Notes under the pieces: model-generated | Databases searched by the model: none | What the model saw: the letters and a program-made list of their open reading frames with translations, nothing else | Told to the model about the DNA's origin: nothing | From: Bacteroidia bacterium | Lineage (GTDB): Bacteria > Bacteroidota > Bacteroidia > NS11-12g > UBA9320 | DNA: 64,000 bases | Assembly: GCA_965216465.1 (NCBI GenBank) | Contig: CBDCFW010000001.1 | Coordinates: forward strand, 256,001 to 320,000 | Reading direction: 5' to 3' | Position numbers and translations under genes: made by a program | Shown: piece after piece, positions 38,929 through 48,614 of the stretch | Position numbering within the stretch: position 1 is the first letter of the stretch | Layout of the letters: every line of letters starts with the position of its first letter

Positions 38929-41184
38929 ATGACAACAAGAACAAACTACTACGGTCTATGCTATGTGCTATTTTTTATTTTCCTAACTAATATAGCCATT
39001 GCTCAAACACAAAGCGAAAAGCTTACAGTTTCAATTCAAGTTTCAAGTTTCTCTAATAGTTCCGTATCATTTTCATGGGACAATTACGACATTAACTACA
39101 CGGACATTTACCGTAAAGAAATTTCGAATACCTCATGGACACTTTTACAAGGCAACGTTAGCGGTACTACTTTTACCGACAACTCTATCTCTTCAAACAA
39201 AGAGTATGAGTACAAGTTTGAAGTAACTACCAACAACACTTCTGTTCCGACTGCTTATGGTTACATAGCGTTTGGAGCTCAGATTGCTAAGAAGGACAAT
39301 CGCGGTAACATCCTTTTGGTTGTTGACGACCGATTCACTTCTTCTCTCACTCTAGAATTAGACAATTTACAGTACGACCTTATCAGCGATGGGTACACTC
39401 CTATTTTGATTGCGTGCAGCAAAGATTCTTCTGTATCTTTTGTGAAAAACATGATTGACAGTGTTAACACTGCTTCATCATTAAATTCAGTTTACCTGAT
39501 TGGTCACATTGCAATTCCTTACGCTGGAATTATTTTCCCTGATGGTCATACTGATCACAGAGGCGCTTGGCCAACTGATTTATTCTACGTTACAGATTCA
39601 TCTAATTGGAGCGATAATTCTATCAATTATACCAACACCACAAGAACGGCTAACACCAACCTTGTGAACGATGGTAAATTTGACCAATCTTCAATTAGCG
39701 ATGAAGCTTTTGCTGCAATCTCAAGAGTAGATTTTTATGATCTTCCTGCAAATGGAAACACTGAAACTCAAATGCTATCTAACTACTTGATGCAAGTTTC
39801 AAGATACAAAAGAGGTGAAATCGTTGCAGTTGATAACGGTCTGATCGATGATAAGCTTTCAACTTTCAGTGAAGGTTTTGCTCGTAATGGTTTCATGAAC
39901 TTCTCTAGTTTATTCGGAGACAGCATTACAACTGGTGACTTAATCACCAACTTAGAAAGCAGAACGCACAAATGGGCTTACTCTTGTAGCTACGGTACTG
40001 ACACAAGCATGTGGAATACTGCAGACCCAACTGTACTTAACACTTCGAACTACCAAGGTATTTTCTCTATGGTATTTGGAAGTTACTTTGGAGATTGGAA
40101 TACACAAGACAACTTTATGAGATCGCTGCTTGCAGATGGTAAGATGCTTACTACGTGCTGGGCAGGTAGACCACACTGGTTCTACCACCACATGGGACTT
40201 AACAACCCAATAAGCCTTTCTTCTAAGATGTCAATCGAAAACAGTACGGCTTCAATGAGTTTGACCACTACTGCTTACGATGTTGCTGGTTACTCACCAA
40301 ACAGTGTTCACATGAGCTTGCTTGGAGACCTTACCTTACGTCAGAATTATAATCCTGCACTTACAACATTCAACGGTACATACGATTCTGCTGATGATGA
40401 AATTGATTTATCATGGAATGCACCAGCAAACACCAACGTAACTGCTTACGAAATTTACAAAGCTTCTAGCAAGCTTGGTCCTTATACTCTACTTGCATCT
40501 GTTACTAGCGGTACTTCTTACACGGATGCTACTGTATTAACAGACAACTTCTATTTTATTAAGTATATCACATTAGATACTACCCTTAGTGGTTCTTACT
40601 ACAACAACTCTGTAGGTACTTTCATTTCATTGAACCCAAGTTCTAGTTCTTCTGCAGATCCATTACCAGTAGAATTAATGTCTTTCAAAGCTGAAAAAAT
40701 TAAAGATGAAGGTGTTTTAACTTGGTCTACAGCTTCTGAAGTTAACTTCAGTCACTACGAGGTTGAAAAAAGCTTAGACATGAACAACTGGGCACTTATT
40801 AATACTGTAAAAGGTAGCGAGCACGCTAACCAAATGAATAGCTACTTCACTATTGATCCTGAATTAGCTAAAGGAATCACGTATTACAGATTAAAAATGG
40901 TAGATATAGATGGAAGTTACGAATACTCTCACATCGAGACAATCTCAACCACTAGAAATAAACTATCAGTTTATCCTAACCCAACAACGAACAACACAGT
41001 TACGGTTTCAACCGAACGCAGAATGAGAAATATTAAATCTAACGATGTAGAAGTCTTAGACAACAATGGAAGATCAGTTAGTTTTAGTCTTAATGACTTT
41101 ACTGGCGAATTGACCATCGATGGCTCAAGAGGAATCTACACAGTTAGAGTGCTTGGAGAATCAAGACGAATAATCTTGTTATAG
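38929..41184 (+). CDS. Secreted T9SS-type protein: FN3-like, gingipain/C25-like core, FN3-like, PLPVEL module and C-terminal sorting domain
   Basis: Signal peptide; ILLVVD...VYLIG...TDLFY...SRVDF resembles the C25 N-lobe; LSWNAP...YEIYK (FN3); PLPVEL...WSTASEVN; SVYPNP...GIYTVR (CTD). Confidence 0.75.
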   Translation: MTTRTNYYGLCYVLFFIFLTNIAIAQTQSEKLTVSIQVSSFSNSSVSFSWDNYDINYTDIYRKEISNTSWTLLQGNVSGTTFTDNSISSNKEYEYKFEVTTNNTSVPTAYGYIAFGAQIAKKDNRGNILLVVDDRFTSSLTLELDNLQYDLISDGYTPILIACSKDSSVSFVKNMIDSVNTASSLNSVYLIGHIAIPYAGIIFPDGHTDHRGAWPTDLFYVTDSSNWSDNSINYTNTTRTANTNLVNDGKFDQSSISDEAFAAISRVDFYDLPANGNTETQMLSNYLMQVSRYKRGEIVAVDNGLIDDKLSTFSEGFARNGFMNFSSLFGDSITTGDLITNLESRTHKWAYSCSYGTDTSMWNTADPTVLNTSNYQGIFSMVFGSYFGDWNTQDNFMRSLLADGKMLTTCWAGRPHWFYHHMGLNNPISLSSKMSIENSTASMSLTTTAYDVAGYSPNSVHMSLLGDLTLRQNYNPALTTFNGTYDSADDEIDLSWNAPANTNVTAYEIYKASSKLGPYTLLASVTSGTSYTDATVLTDNFYFIKYITLDTTLSGSYYNNSVGTFISLNPSSSSSADPLPVELMSFKAEKIKDEGVLTWSTASEVNFSHYEVEKSLDMNNWALINTVKGSEHANQMNSYFTIDPELAKGITYYRLKMVDIDGSYEYSHIETISTTRNKLSVYPNPTTNNTVTVSTERRMRNIKSNDVEVLDNNGRSVSFSLNDFTGELTIDGSRGIYTVRVLGESRRIILL

Positions 41185-41207
41185 TAAATTGTAGTAGATT
41201 AACTATG

Positions 41208-41237
41208 AAAAAGGCCGCTATTTTGCGGCCTTTTTTT
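41208..41237. terminator. Bidirectional intrinsic terminator between convergent genes
   Basis: AAAAAGGCCGC-TATTTT-GCGGCCTTTTTTT. Confidence 0.9.
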
Positions 41238-41238
41238 A

Positions 41239-43857
41239 TTAGTTTGGATTAAGTTCAAATTCGTTATTGAACACAAATTCTTTCTTATCATTAAGGTCTA
41301 AAATTATCTTGCTATCCGACTGAATTCTTCCTGACAATATCTCCTTCGAGAGTTTATTCAACACCTCTCTTTGCATTGCTCTCTTTAGTGGTCTAGCTCC
41401 AAATTGAGGATCATATCCAATTTCGCCCAGCCAATCTAAAGCCTTTTCAGTAGCCGAAATACCAATACTTTGCTCTTTTAACATATTTGCCAAAATGTTG
41501 AATTGTATTTCCACAATACCGCGAATATTATCTCTGCTTAATGGTGTAAACATGATAACTTCATCAATTCGATTTAAAAATTCTGGGCGAATTGACTTTT
41601 TCAACAATTCAAATACCTCGAATTTTGTCTTAGCATTAACCTCTTCTTCTGAATCTGGAGTAATTTCGCTAAACCTTTCTTGGATCAAATGAGAACCAAT
41701 ATTACTGGTCATTATAACGATGGTGTTTTTGAAATTAGCTGTTCTACCCTTGTTGTCAGTTAGCCTTCCATCGTCTAAAACCTGAAGTAAAATATTGAAT
41801 ACATCTGGATGAGCCTTTTCTATTTCATCAAGCAACACAACAGAATAAGGTTTTCTTCTTACCACCTCAGTTAGCTGTCCACCTTCATCGTATCCAACAT
41901 AGCCTGGAGGTGCCCCTATCAACCTGCTTACCGTATGCTTTTCTTGATATTCACTCATATCAATGCGAACCATTGCATCTTCTTTGTCAAAAAGATACTC
42001 TGCTAGAGCCTTAGCTAACTCGGTCTTCCCCACTCCAGTTGTTCCTAGAAAAATAAATGACCCGATAGGCTTTTTAGGATCTGAAAGCCCTGCTCTACTT
42101 CTTCGAATTGCATCCGAAATTGCAGTAATTGCTTCATCTTGACCCACAACACGCTTATGAAGCTCCTCTTCTAGACGCAACAGCTTTTCTCGTTCGCTTT
42201 GAAGCATGCTTTGTACGGGAACACCAGTCCACTTGCTAATCACTTCTGCAATGTCTTCACTGGTAACTTCTTCTTTAACCAAAGAACTATTGGCTTGCTT
42301 TTCAATAAGCTCTTTTTTGAGCGTCTCAAGATCCTCCTCTGCAGCTTTTATTCTACCATAACGTATTTCCGCTACTTTCCCAAAATCCCCAGCCCTTTCT
42401 GCTTGGTCTGCCTCTAATCTTAGGCGTTCAATTTCTTTCTTTTTAGACTGTATGCCATCCACAACCGCTTTTTCTTCCTGCCATTTCGCTTTTAACTGAT
42501 TTCGTTCTTCGGAAAGGTTGGCAATCTCTTCGTTAAGAGTCGACAGCTTCTTTTCATCTTTTTCACGCTTGATGGCTTCACGTTCAATTTCGAGCTGCAT
42601 AATCTTACGCTCTATTTCGTCTAACTCTTCTGGAACTGAATCAATTTCTAATCTCAATTTAGCCGCTGACTCATCAACAAGGTCAATTGCCTTGTCCGGT
42701 AAAAATCGATCCGAAATATAGCGTTGAGACAGCTCAACTGCAGCGATCACAGCTTCATCTTTGATTCTCACCTTATGGTGTACTTCATATTTTTCTTTTA
42801 TCCCTCTTAAAATTGAAATGGCATCTTCTGTATCGGGTTCATCAACCAACACGCTTTGAAAACGACGTTCAAGAGCCTTGTCTTTCTCAATATACTTTTG
42901 ATATTCATTGAGCGTTGTTGCTCCAATTGCCTTGAGCTCACCACGAGCTAATGCTGGTTTCAAAATGTTTGCAGCATCCATCGCACCTTCCCCACTCGCT
43001 CCAGCACCAACAAGAGTATGAATTTCATCAATAAAGAGTACAATCTCTCCATCTGCTGAGGTGACCTCTTTGACTACCGCTTTTAAACGTTCCTCAAATT
43101 CACCTTTATACTTTGCACCCGCAATAAGACTTCCCATATCAAGGCTGTAAATGTCTTTTGATTTTAGGTTTTCTGGTACATCTCCACTAATTACGCGATG
43201 AGCTAGTCCTTCAGCAATTGCTGTTTTACCTACTCCTGGTTCACCTATTAAAATGGGATTATTTTTTGTTCTTCGCGATAAGATTTGCAATACCCGTCGA
43301 ATTTCTTCGTCTCTTCCAATTACGGGATCTAGTTTACCACTCTTAGCCAATTGATTTAAGTTTCTGGCATATTTATTCAGAGCATTATATTGTCCTTCAG
43401 CACTAGTACTCGTAGCTCTGCTTCCACCTCTCAACTCTTTAAAGGCTTTAATAATCTCTTTCTTGGCAACACCAGCATCCTTGAGTAAGTTAGCCACCTG
43501 ATCTTTTCCATCGATCAACGCTAAGAAGAGGTGTTCTATCGTTACAAACTCATCGTCAAAGTCTTTTAGGTATGTACTTGCCTTTACTAAAGCTTGCTGT
43601 GCATCTTTTGATAGGTAATGGTTTCCTCCGCCTGTTACTTTTGGGTAACTGGAAACGATGCCATCTAAAGCTTGTTCAATTCGTTTTACATTAGCATTCA
43701 CTTTTTTCAGAGCATACTCTAAAACTTCTTCATCTACAACAAACAATGCCTTAAGAACATGCCCTGTTTCAATGGCTTGTTGCTCACCTATAATAGCAAG
43801 CTCTTGTGCTTTTTGAATAGCCTCTTGAGATTTAATGGTGAAATTGTTTGTATTCAT
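41239..43857 (-). CDS. clpB: ATP-dependent chaperone ClpB
   Basis: Two AAA+ modules ([16 protein letters not shown]), middle coiled coil, [15 protein letters not shown]. Confidence 0.97.
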   Translation of the reverse strand: MNTNNFTIKSQEAIQKAQELAIIGEQQAIETGHVLKALFVVDEEVLEYALKKVNANVKRIEQALDGIVSSYPKVTGGGNHYLSKDAQQALVKASTYLKDFDDEFVTIEHLFLALIDGKDQVANLLKDAGVAKKEIIKAFKELRGGSRATSTSAEGQYNALNKYARNLNQLAKSGKLDPVIGRDEEIRRVLQILSRRTKNNPILIGEPGVGKTAIAEGLAHRVISGDVPENLKSKDIYSLDMGSLIAGAKYKGEFEERLKAVVKEVTSADGEIVLFIDEIHTLVGAGASGEGAMDAANILKPALARGELKAIGATTLNEYQKYIEKDKALERRFQSVLVDEPDTEDAISILRGIKEKYEVHHKVRIKDEAVIAAVELSQRYISDRFLPDKAIDLVDESAAKLRLEIDSVPEELDEIERKIMQLEIEREAIKREKDEKKLSTLNEEIANLSEERNQLKAKWQEEKAVVDGIQSKKKEIERLRLEADQAERAGDFGKVAEIRYGRIKAAEEDLETLKKELIEKQANSSLVKEEVTSEDIAEVISKWTGVPVQSMLQSEREKLLRLEEELHKRVVGQDEAITAISDAIRRSRAGLSDPKKPIGSFIFLGTTGVGKTELAKALAEYLFDKEDAMVRIDMSEYQEKHTVSRLIGAPPGYVGYDEGGQLTEVVRRKPYSVVLLDEIEKAHPDVFNILLQVLDDGRLTDNKGRTANFKNTIVIMTSNIGSHLIQERFSEITPDSEEEVNAKTKFEVFELLKKSIRPEFLNRIDEVIMFTPLSRDNIRGIVEIQFNILANMLKEQSIGISATEKALDWLGEIGYDPQFGARPLKRAMQREVLNKLSKEILSGRIQSDSKIILDLNDKKEFVFNNEFELNPN

Positions 43858-43893
43858 TATTCTGTTTTTTAGTTAATATTTCGGTTTCAACGG

Positions 43894-44018
43894 TTCAAAA
43901 TCTGAGCCTGCAATGCAATTCAGCCATTTTGGCTCAATTGTTAAGCTAACATATTTGTTTTCAAGACATTATGACCCTATTGAGGCACATCATTAATCAA
44001 AACATGGCAAAAATGTCA
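43894..44018 (-). promoter_or_regulatory. Candidate clpB control region: sigma54-like GG-N10-GA element plus three phased TGNCA-N3-TGNCA-like palindromes
   Basis: AGGCTCAGATTTTGAA (minus, 43909-43894); AGCCATTTTGGCT at 43922, AGACATTATGACC at 43964, GGCAAAAATGTCA at 44006. Confidence 0.5.
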
Positions 44019-44129
44019 GCTCTAAAACTTTATAACGAGCAGTTGTAAACACATTTGTATATAACCTATTCAAAAAATAATGTATTCAATATATGCCCCT
44101 ATGTTAAAAGTGATAAATTCGCCTTGTAA

Positions 44130-45314
44130 ATGAAATTCACGGATCGCATAAATCGTGTTCAAGAGTCACTAACCATAGGAATGGCTAAGAAGGCTCGTGA
44201 AATGAAAGCAAAAGGAATTGATGTTATCAGCCTAAGTTTAGGTGAGCCAGATTTTGACACCCCAAACCATATCAAGCAAGCTGCAATTGAAGCCATAAAT
44301 GCGGGTAAAACAAAATACCCTCCTGTTGGTGGTATTGCTGAACTAAAGGAAGCAATCTGTAACAAATTTCGCTCAAACTATGGTCTCGATTTCGGACCAA
44401 GCGAAGTTATGGTATCTACCGGAGCAAAGCAATGCATCATGAACGTAATGTTGAGCTTGGTTCAGCCTGGCGATGAAGTTGTTATCCCTCTCCCATATTG
44501 GGTTAGCTATTCAGAGATGGTGAAGTTTGCAGGAGGTAAAACGGTATTTGTACCTTCCAATTTTGAAGATGGATTTGCTATAGATATCGACAAACTTAGA
44601 GCAAGTATTAATGCCAACACTAAAGTGATAATCTTCTCTAGCCCGAGCAACCCTGCAGGAAGTGTTTTAAGCAAAGAACAATTAAAGCAAATTGCAGAAA
44701 TAGTTGCTGAGAATCCTCAACTCACCATAATTTCTGATGAAATATATGAACACATCAATTTCGAAGGTAAGCACATTAGCATTTCTCAGTTTCCTGAAAT
44801 TAGAGATCAACTCGTCATTATAAATGGTGTGTCTAAAGGATTTGCCATGACTGGTTGGAGATTAGGTTATATGGCAGGACCTAAAGATATTGTTGCAGCC
44901 TGCGATAAACTTCAAGGTCAATTTACATCAGGAGCAAATGGAATTGCACAATGGGCTGCTGTTACAGCACTGAACTCTGACCTTAAGCCAACTACTGAAA
45001 TGGTTGCTACCTTCAAAATTAGAAGAGATATGATGATTGAACTTATGGGAGACATTCCAGGCTTAGAAATCGACAGACCTAAAGGAGCTTTTTACCTTTT
45101 TCCAAGAATTTCTTCGTATTTTGGTAGAACATTACGCGGTACCTCGATTAGTAATAGCTTAGATTTTTGCAAGTACATTTTAGAACAAGCAAACGTATCA
45201 TTAGTTCCCGGTATCGCATTTGGAATGGACGACCACGTTAGAATTAGTTACGCATCTTCTGAAAAAGAATTGAGAGAAGCTGTTAGAAGAATAAAAGCTG
45301 CATTGACAGAATGA
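44130..45314 (+). CDS. Class I PLP aminotransferase (aspartate aminotransferase-like)
   Basis: LGEPDF, GAKQ, PYWVSY, SPSNPAG, SDEIYE, SKGFAMTGWRLG. Confidence 0.92.
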   Translation: MKFTDRINRVQESLTIGMAKKAREMKAKGIDVISLSLGEPDFDTPNHIKQAAIEAINAGKTKYPPVGGIAELKEAICNKFRSNYGLDFGPSEVMVSTGAKQCIMNVMLSLVQPGDEVVIPLPYWVSYSEMVKFAGGKTVFVPSNFEDGFAIDIDKLRASINANTKVIIFSSPSNPAGSVLSKEQLKQIAEIVAENPQLTIISDEIYEHINFEGKHISISQFPEIRDQLVIINGVSKGFAMTGWRLGYMAGPKDIVAACDKLQGQFTSGANGIAQWAAVTALNSDLKPTTEMVATFKIRRDMMIELMGDIPGLEIDRPKGAFYLFPRISSYFGRTLRGTSISNSLDFCKYILEQANVSLVPGIAFGMDDHVRISYASSEKELREAVRRIKAALTE

Positions 45315-46300
45315 ATATAAACAGACTATTTAAAGAATTTGAGAACATCAAAGTACTTGTCTTAGGAGACACGATGTTAGATGCATACTTTTATGGTTCG
45401 GTAAATCGAATTAGCCCTGAGGCCCCGGTTCCTATTGTAAATCTTCGGTCTAAAGAGAGAAGGTTAGGCGGAGCAGCAAATGTGGCTCTAAATTTAAAAG
45501 CTATGGGTGCACATCCCATTATTTGTAGCATCAAAGGCAACGACAAAGACGGTAAGCATCTCAAAAACTTAATGATTGAAAATAAGCTAAATTCAGATTG
45601 CTTATTCAATGACTACCGTCGAAGTACTACGGTTAAGACACGAATAATTGGAAACAATCACCAATTGCTAAGAATAGACGAAGAAGAAACTCAAGATATT
45701 GACAAGACGCTTGAAGACTTGATATTCAATACCATCAAAGAAATGATCAAAACCATCGATGTATTGATCTTTCAAGATTACAACAAGGGCTTGTTAACCA
45801 AAAGCTTGATATCTCGGGTAATTGAACTTTGCAAAAGCAACAAGGTGCCAATGGTTGTTGATCCGAAATTCGACAACTTTTTCGAGTACCAAGGTGTTAC
45901 GCTCTTCAAACCCAACAAAAAAGAGCTTATGCAAGCAGAGAACATAAACTCACCACTAAACTTAAAGGAAGTAAAAGAGTTAGCAGGTTCGATTAGAGAG
46001 AAGCTTGGAGCAGATAAAGTAATGACCACCTTGTCAGAAGATGGCATTTATATTGTAGGCAAGAATAACTCTATTCACCTTCCGGCTCATGAAAGAAAAA
46101 TTGTTGATGTAAGTGGTGCGGGGGACTCCGTTCTTAGCGTTGCGGCACTGTGTGTTGCATGCGGTGTAAGCAACGAAGTAACTGCTGCATTATCTAATCT
46201 TGCTGGCGGAATTGTTTGCGAGAAAGTTGGTGTTGTTCCTATCGACAAAGACCTTTTGTTTACTGAAGCTTTTGAGCTGAATGTAGGCGAACGATATTAA
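45311..46300 (+). CDS. PfkB-family D-glycero-D-manno-heptose-7-phosphate kinase (RfaE domain I / HldA-like)
   Basis: GDTMLD, RISPEAPVP, GGAANVA, QDYNKG, VDPK, DVSGAGD. Confidence 0.88.
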   Translation: MNINRLFKEFENIKVLVLGDTMLDAYFYGSVNRISPEAPVPIVNLRSKERRLGGAANVALNLKAMGAHPIICSIKGNDKDGKHLKNLMIENKLNSDCLFNDYRRSTTVKTRIIGNNHQLLRIDEEETQDIDKTLEDLIFNTIKEMIKTIDVLIFQDYNKGLLTKSLISRVIELCKSNKVPMVVDPKFDNFFEYQGVTLFKPNKKELMQAENINSPLNLKEVKELAGSIREKLGADKVMTTLSEDGIYIVGKNNSIHLPAHERKIVDVSGAGDSVLSVAALCVACGVSNEVTAALSNLAGGIVCEKVGVVPIDKDLLFTEAFELNVGERY

Positions 46301-46311
46301 TAAAAATTACT

Positions 46312-47250
46312 ATGAAACAACTCAGTTTAATTCTAATTCTATTTATCTTTAGTTCAATTGGCTTTGCACAGACCAATGCTAACTTGACCAAAGCCCAAGA
46401 TTTTTATAACGACAATAAATTTAAGAAGGCTGAAAAATTTGCTGAAAAAGCAATGAATGATGAAGAATCGAAAGTTGAAGCAACCATTCTTTATGCATAT
46501 GCTATCATAGCCCAAAGCAAGGTTACTGAGGGGGTAGATGTTTTAGTTTCTGCACACGAAGGGGATGTTGAAAACATTATGTACCTTACATCTCTAGGGC
46601 ATCTTACCATGATGATGCAGGATTATAAAAAAGCCTCAAGTTATTTTTCGCTGGCTTTGAAATATGAAACAGTAGATAGCAATCGGTGTGCACATTACAC
46701 CAATCGTGCTGCCTGCAAACTAAGGATGAGAAAGATGGAAGGGGCATTTAAAGATCTTTCAAAAGCATTAGAAATTGATAGTATGAATTTTTCTGCTAAC
46801 AATGACATGGGAATAGTTGCCAAATATTTAAAAAAAGACTCTGTGGCGGAAAGTTGTTTAAAGCGAGTGATACAAGTTAAACCGGAAGATCATTTGGGTT
46901 ATGCTAACCTTGGATGGTTTTACCAGGAGCGAAAAAGATTTGACGAAGCACTAGTTTTGCTAAACAAGGCCATCGAAATTAATCCTGATTTTGCCTATGC
47001 ATATAACAATCGCTCAATGGTAAAACTCGACATGGGTGACTTTGAAGGTGCTTATGCTGATGTGAATCATTCATTAAAACTTGATGGTACAAACTCGTAT
47101 GCTTACAAGAATCTTGGAATCATACTTTTTAAGGATGGAAAGAAGGAGGAAGCATGCTCAGCTTGGAAAACTGCCTTGGCTCTGGGATTCACAGAACAGT
47201 ACGGCAGAACGGTAAGCGAATTAATCAAACACAACTGCGGAAGCGAATAA
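46312..47250 (+). CDS. Exported tetratricopeptide-repeat protein
   Basis: Signal peptide; repeated TPR units (AYNNR, YKNLG, A..LG); C-terminal EACSAW..A..LG. Confidence 0.85.
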   Translation: MKQLSLILILFIFSSIGFAQTNANLTKAQDFYNDNKFKKAEKFAEKAMNDEESKVEATILYAYAIIAQSKVTEGVDVLVSAHEGDVENIMYLTSLGHLTMMMQDYKKASSYFSLALKYETVDSNRCAHYTNRAACKLRMRKMEGAFKDLSKALEIDSMNFSANNDMGIVAKYLKKDSVAESCLKRVIQVKPEDHLGYANLGWFYQERKRFDEALVLLNKAIEINPDFAYAYNNRSMVKLDMGDFEGAYADVNHSLKLDGTNSYAYKNLGIILFKDGKKEEACSAWKTALALGFTEQYGRTVSELIKHNCGSE

Positions 47251-47314
47251 CAAGCCAGCAACTCAATTTCTTACCTGCTGATTATCTGCAGTTTACAAAA
47301 TTTTATAATTATTA

Positions 47315-47348
47315 TTTGGTTTTTTGCCTTTTTGAGCTCCTATATTTG
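47315..47348 (+). promoter_or_regulatory. Bacteroidota promoter of the rtcB operon (TTTG-N22-TATATTTG)
   Basis: Perfect -7 box TAnnTTTG at 47341-47348; TTTG at 47315-47318; predicted TSS about 47353. Confidence 0.7.
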
Positions 47349-47457
47349 TAGTGCAATTCTGGAAGACTCTAAGTTCAACAAGATTTTTGTAAATGTTTTG
47401 AATTCTTAGTCCTAGAGTTGGCTAAATAAAAGTTTAAAAAATTTAAATAACACTAAA

Positions 47458-47532
47458 ATGAATCTGTATAAGACAACGACAATTTGGGGCACGAAACCTC
47501 CTTTTGTAAAAAACGGTTATCAGAAATTTTAG
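47458..47532 (+). CDS. Putative 24-aa leader peptide MNLYKTTTIWGTKPPFVKNGYQKF
   Basis: ATG in an A-rich Bacteroidota-type initiation context (CACTAAAATG), open to TAG at 47530-47532; its last codons overlap the antiterminator arm. Confidence 0.7.
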   Translation: MNLYKTTTIWGTKPPFVKNGYQKF

Positions 47533-47592
47533 GCGACAAATAAACGAATTTGAAGGCCCGATTTCTGATAACGAAATCGGGCTTTTTATTTT
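47516..47592 (+). promoter_or_regulatory. Terminator/antiterminator pair (transcription attenuator)
   Basis: Terminator GCCCGATTTC (47556-65) / GAAATCGGGC (47573-82) plus TTTTTATTTT; antiterminator GTTATCAGAAAT (47516-27) / ATTTCTGATAAC (47561-72); the two are mutually exclusive. Confidence 0.8.
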
Positions 47593-47678
47593 AACAAAGC
47601 ACATGAGAAAAGAAAAACAAACCTAAGATCCACTGACATTTTTACTTGAATGTCTGTGGACTACAAAAACAAGTAAAA

Positions 47679-48614
47679 ATGAACAACGAAGAAATTCAGT
47701 GGATTAAGAGTTGTTTACCAAGTCAAATCTCTTATTCCTATTACAAAGACTTATATGCTCTTGACTTACTTCAATATTGTTTCGAAGACGGAACGAAGAT
47801 TCAAGACATTAAGAAATCAAAACTTGGTGGTTTACTGAATAAGCCAATTGTTAAGCAAATAGTGCAACAATGCGGTAATGGTAAGCTCGATATGAGTAAA
47901 GTTGAAGGGCATTGGGAAAAACATCCCCATGTATTGAAGTTAACTTTAGATGAGTGGGGTTCCATTTCAAAACGAAAAGGAAAAACACAATGGGACCAAG
48001 TAAGCAGACCCGAAAAAAATCTTGTTCTTCAAGTAAATTTTGGTAGTGAGCACAAATTACTATTCAATAAAAAACTTGGAGAAAATAACCGAGATGCGTT
48101 TGAACGGCACTTACACCCTATTCACGCCGAACATTATACCCTAGGTTGGATTCGGCTAGATATCAATATTGAGCATAATGAATTACTAATTGAAGAGATT
48201 CAAGCAGATTGGACGAGAGACGTACTCGAGTTATATGATCGTTTGAATTGTACTAAATCTTGTTGCACAGGTCATTGGATAAAACCGTTTAAAGGAAAAT
48301 TTGAGGCTTACATGAAGTTCCTCAACCCTTACATCAAGATTAAAGATGAAATGTTACTAGCGGCAGCTCTCCACTTTACGAAGTGTGAACTCGGTATCGA
48401 CCATGTCTGGTATCATTCAAACCAAAGTAACATTCACTACAAACTCATGAAAGGGCAATTTCCTCCAAAATCGGTTTACCAGCAATTACCTAAAAAATTT
48501 GGGTTCAGTAAAACAACTAATAAACCGCGTTTGATCCAAGACTGTTCTGCACTAGAGGCATTGAACAAAAAAGGAAAAAACGTACCGTTTTACCATTTAA
48601 AATTAGGAAAATGA
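47679..48614 (+). CDS. Uncharacterised protein, possible GNAT-like fold, coupled to rtcB; probable start ATG 47679
   Basis: TLGWIRLD...LLIEEIQADW, LLAAALHF...LGIDHVWY, Y..LPKKFGF pattern; ATGA overlap with rtcB. Confidence 0.6.
   Translation: MNNEEIQWIKSCLPSQISYSYYKDLYALDLLQYCFEDGTKIQDIKKSKLGGLLNKPIVKQIVQQCGNGKLDMSKVEGHWEKHPHVLKLTLDEWGSISKRKGKTQWDQVSRPEKNLVLQVNFGSEHKLLFNKKLGENNRDAFERHLHPIHAEHYTLGWIRLDINIEHNELLIEEIQADWTRDVLELYDRLNCTKSCCTGHWIKPFKGKFEAYMKFLNPYIKIKDEMLLAAALHFTKCELGIDHVWYHSNQSNIHYKLMKGQFPPKSVYQQLPKKFGFSKTTNKPRLIQDCSALEALNKKGKNVPFYHLKLGK

Noticed and set aside
45311-46300. Stand-alone heptose kinase without adenylyltransferase domain as a truncated hldE pseudogene
   Set aside because: Split kinase and adenylyltransferase genes are a normal arrangement; the ORF is intact with a complete PfkB domain
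47473-47493. Thr-rich leader codons as a classical threonine biosynthesis attenuator
   Set aside because: Downstream genes are not amino-acid biosynthetic and only 4 of 24 codons are Thr; kept only as a possible stall site
47250-47680. tRNA, Y RNA or CRISPR array in the long spacer before the rtcB operon
   Set aside because: No cloverleaf or GGTTCGAATCC T-arm and no direct repeat-spacer periodicity; the structures are better explained as leader and attenuator
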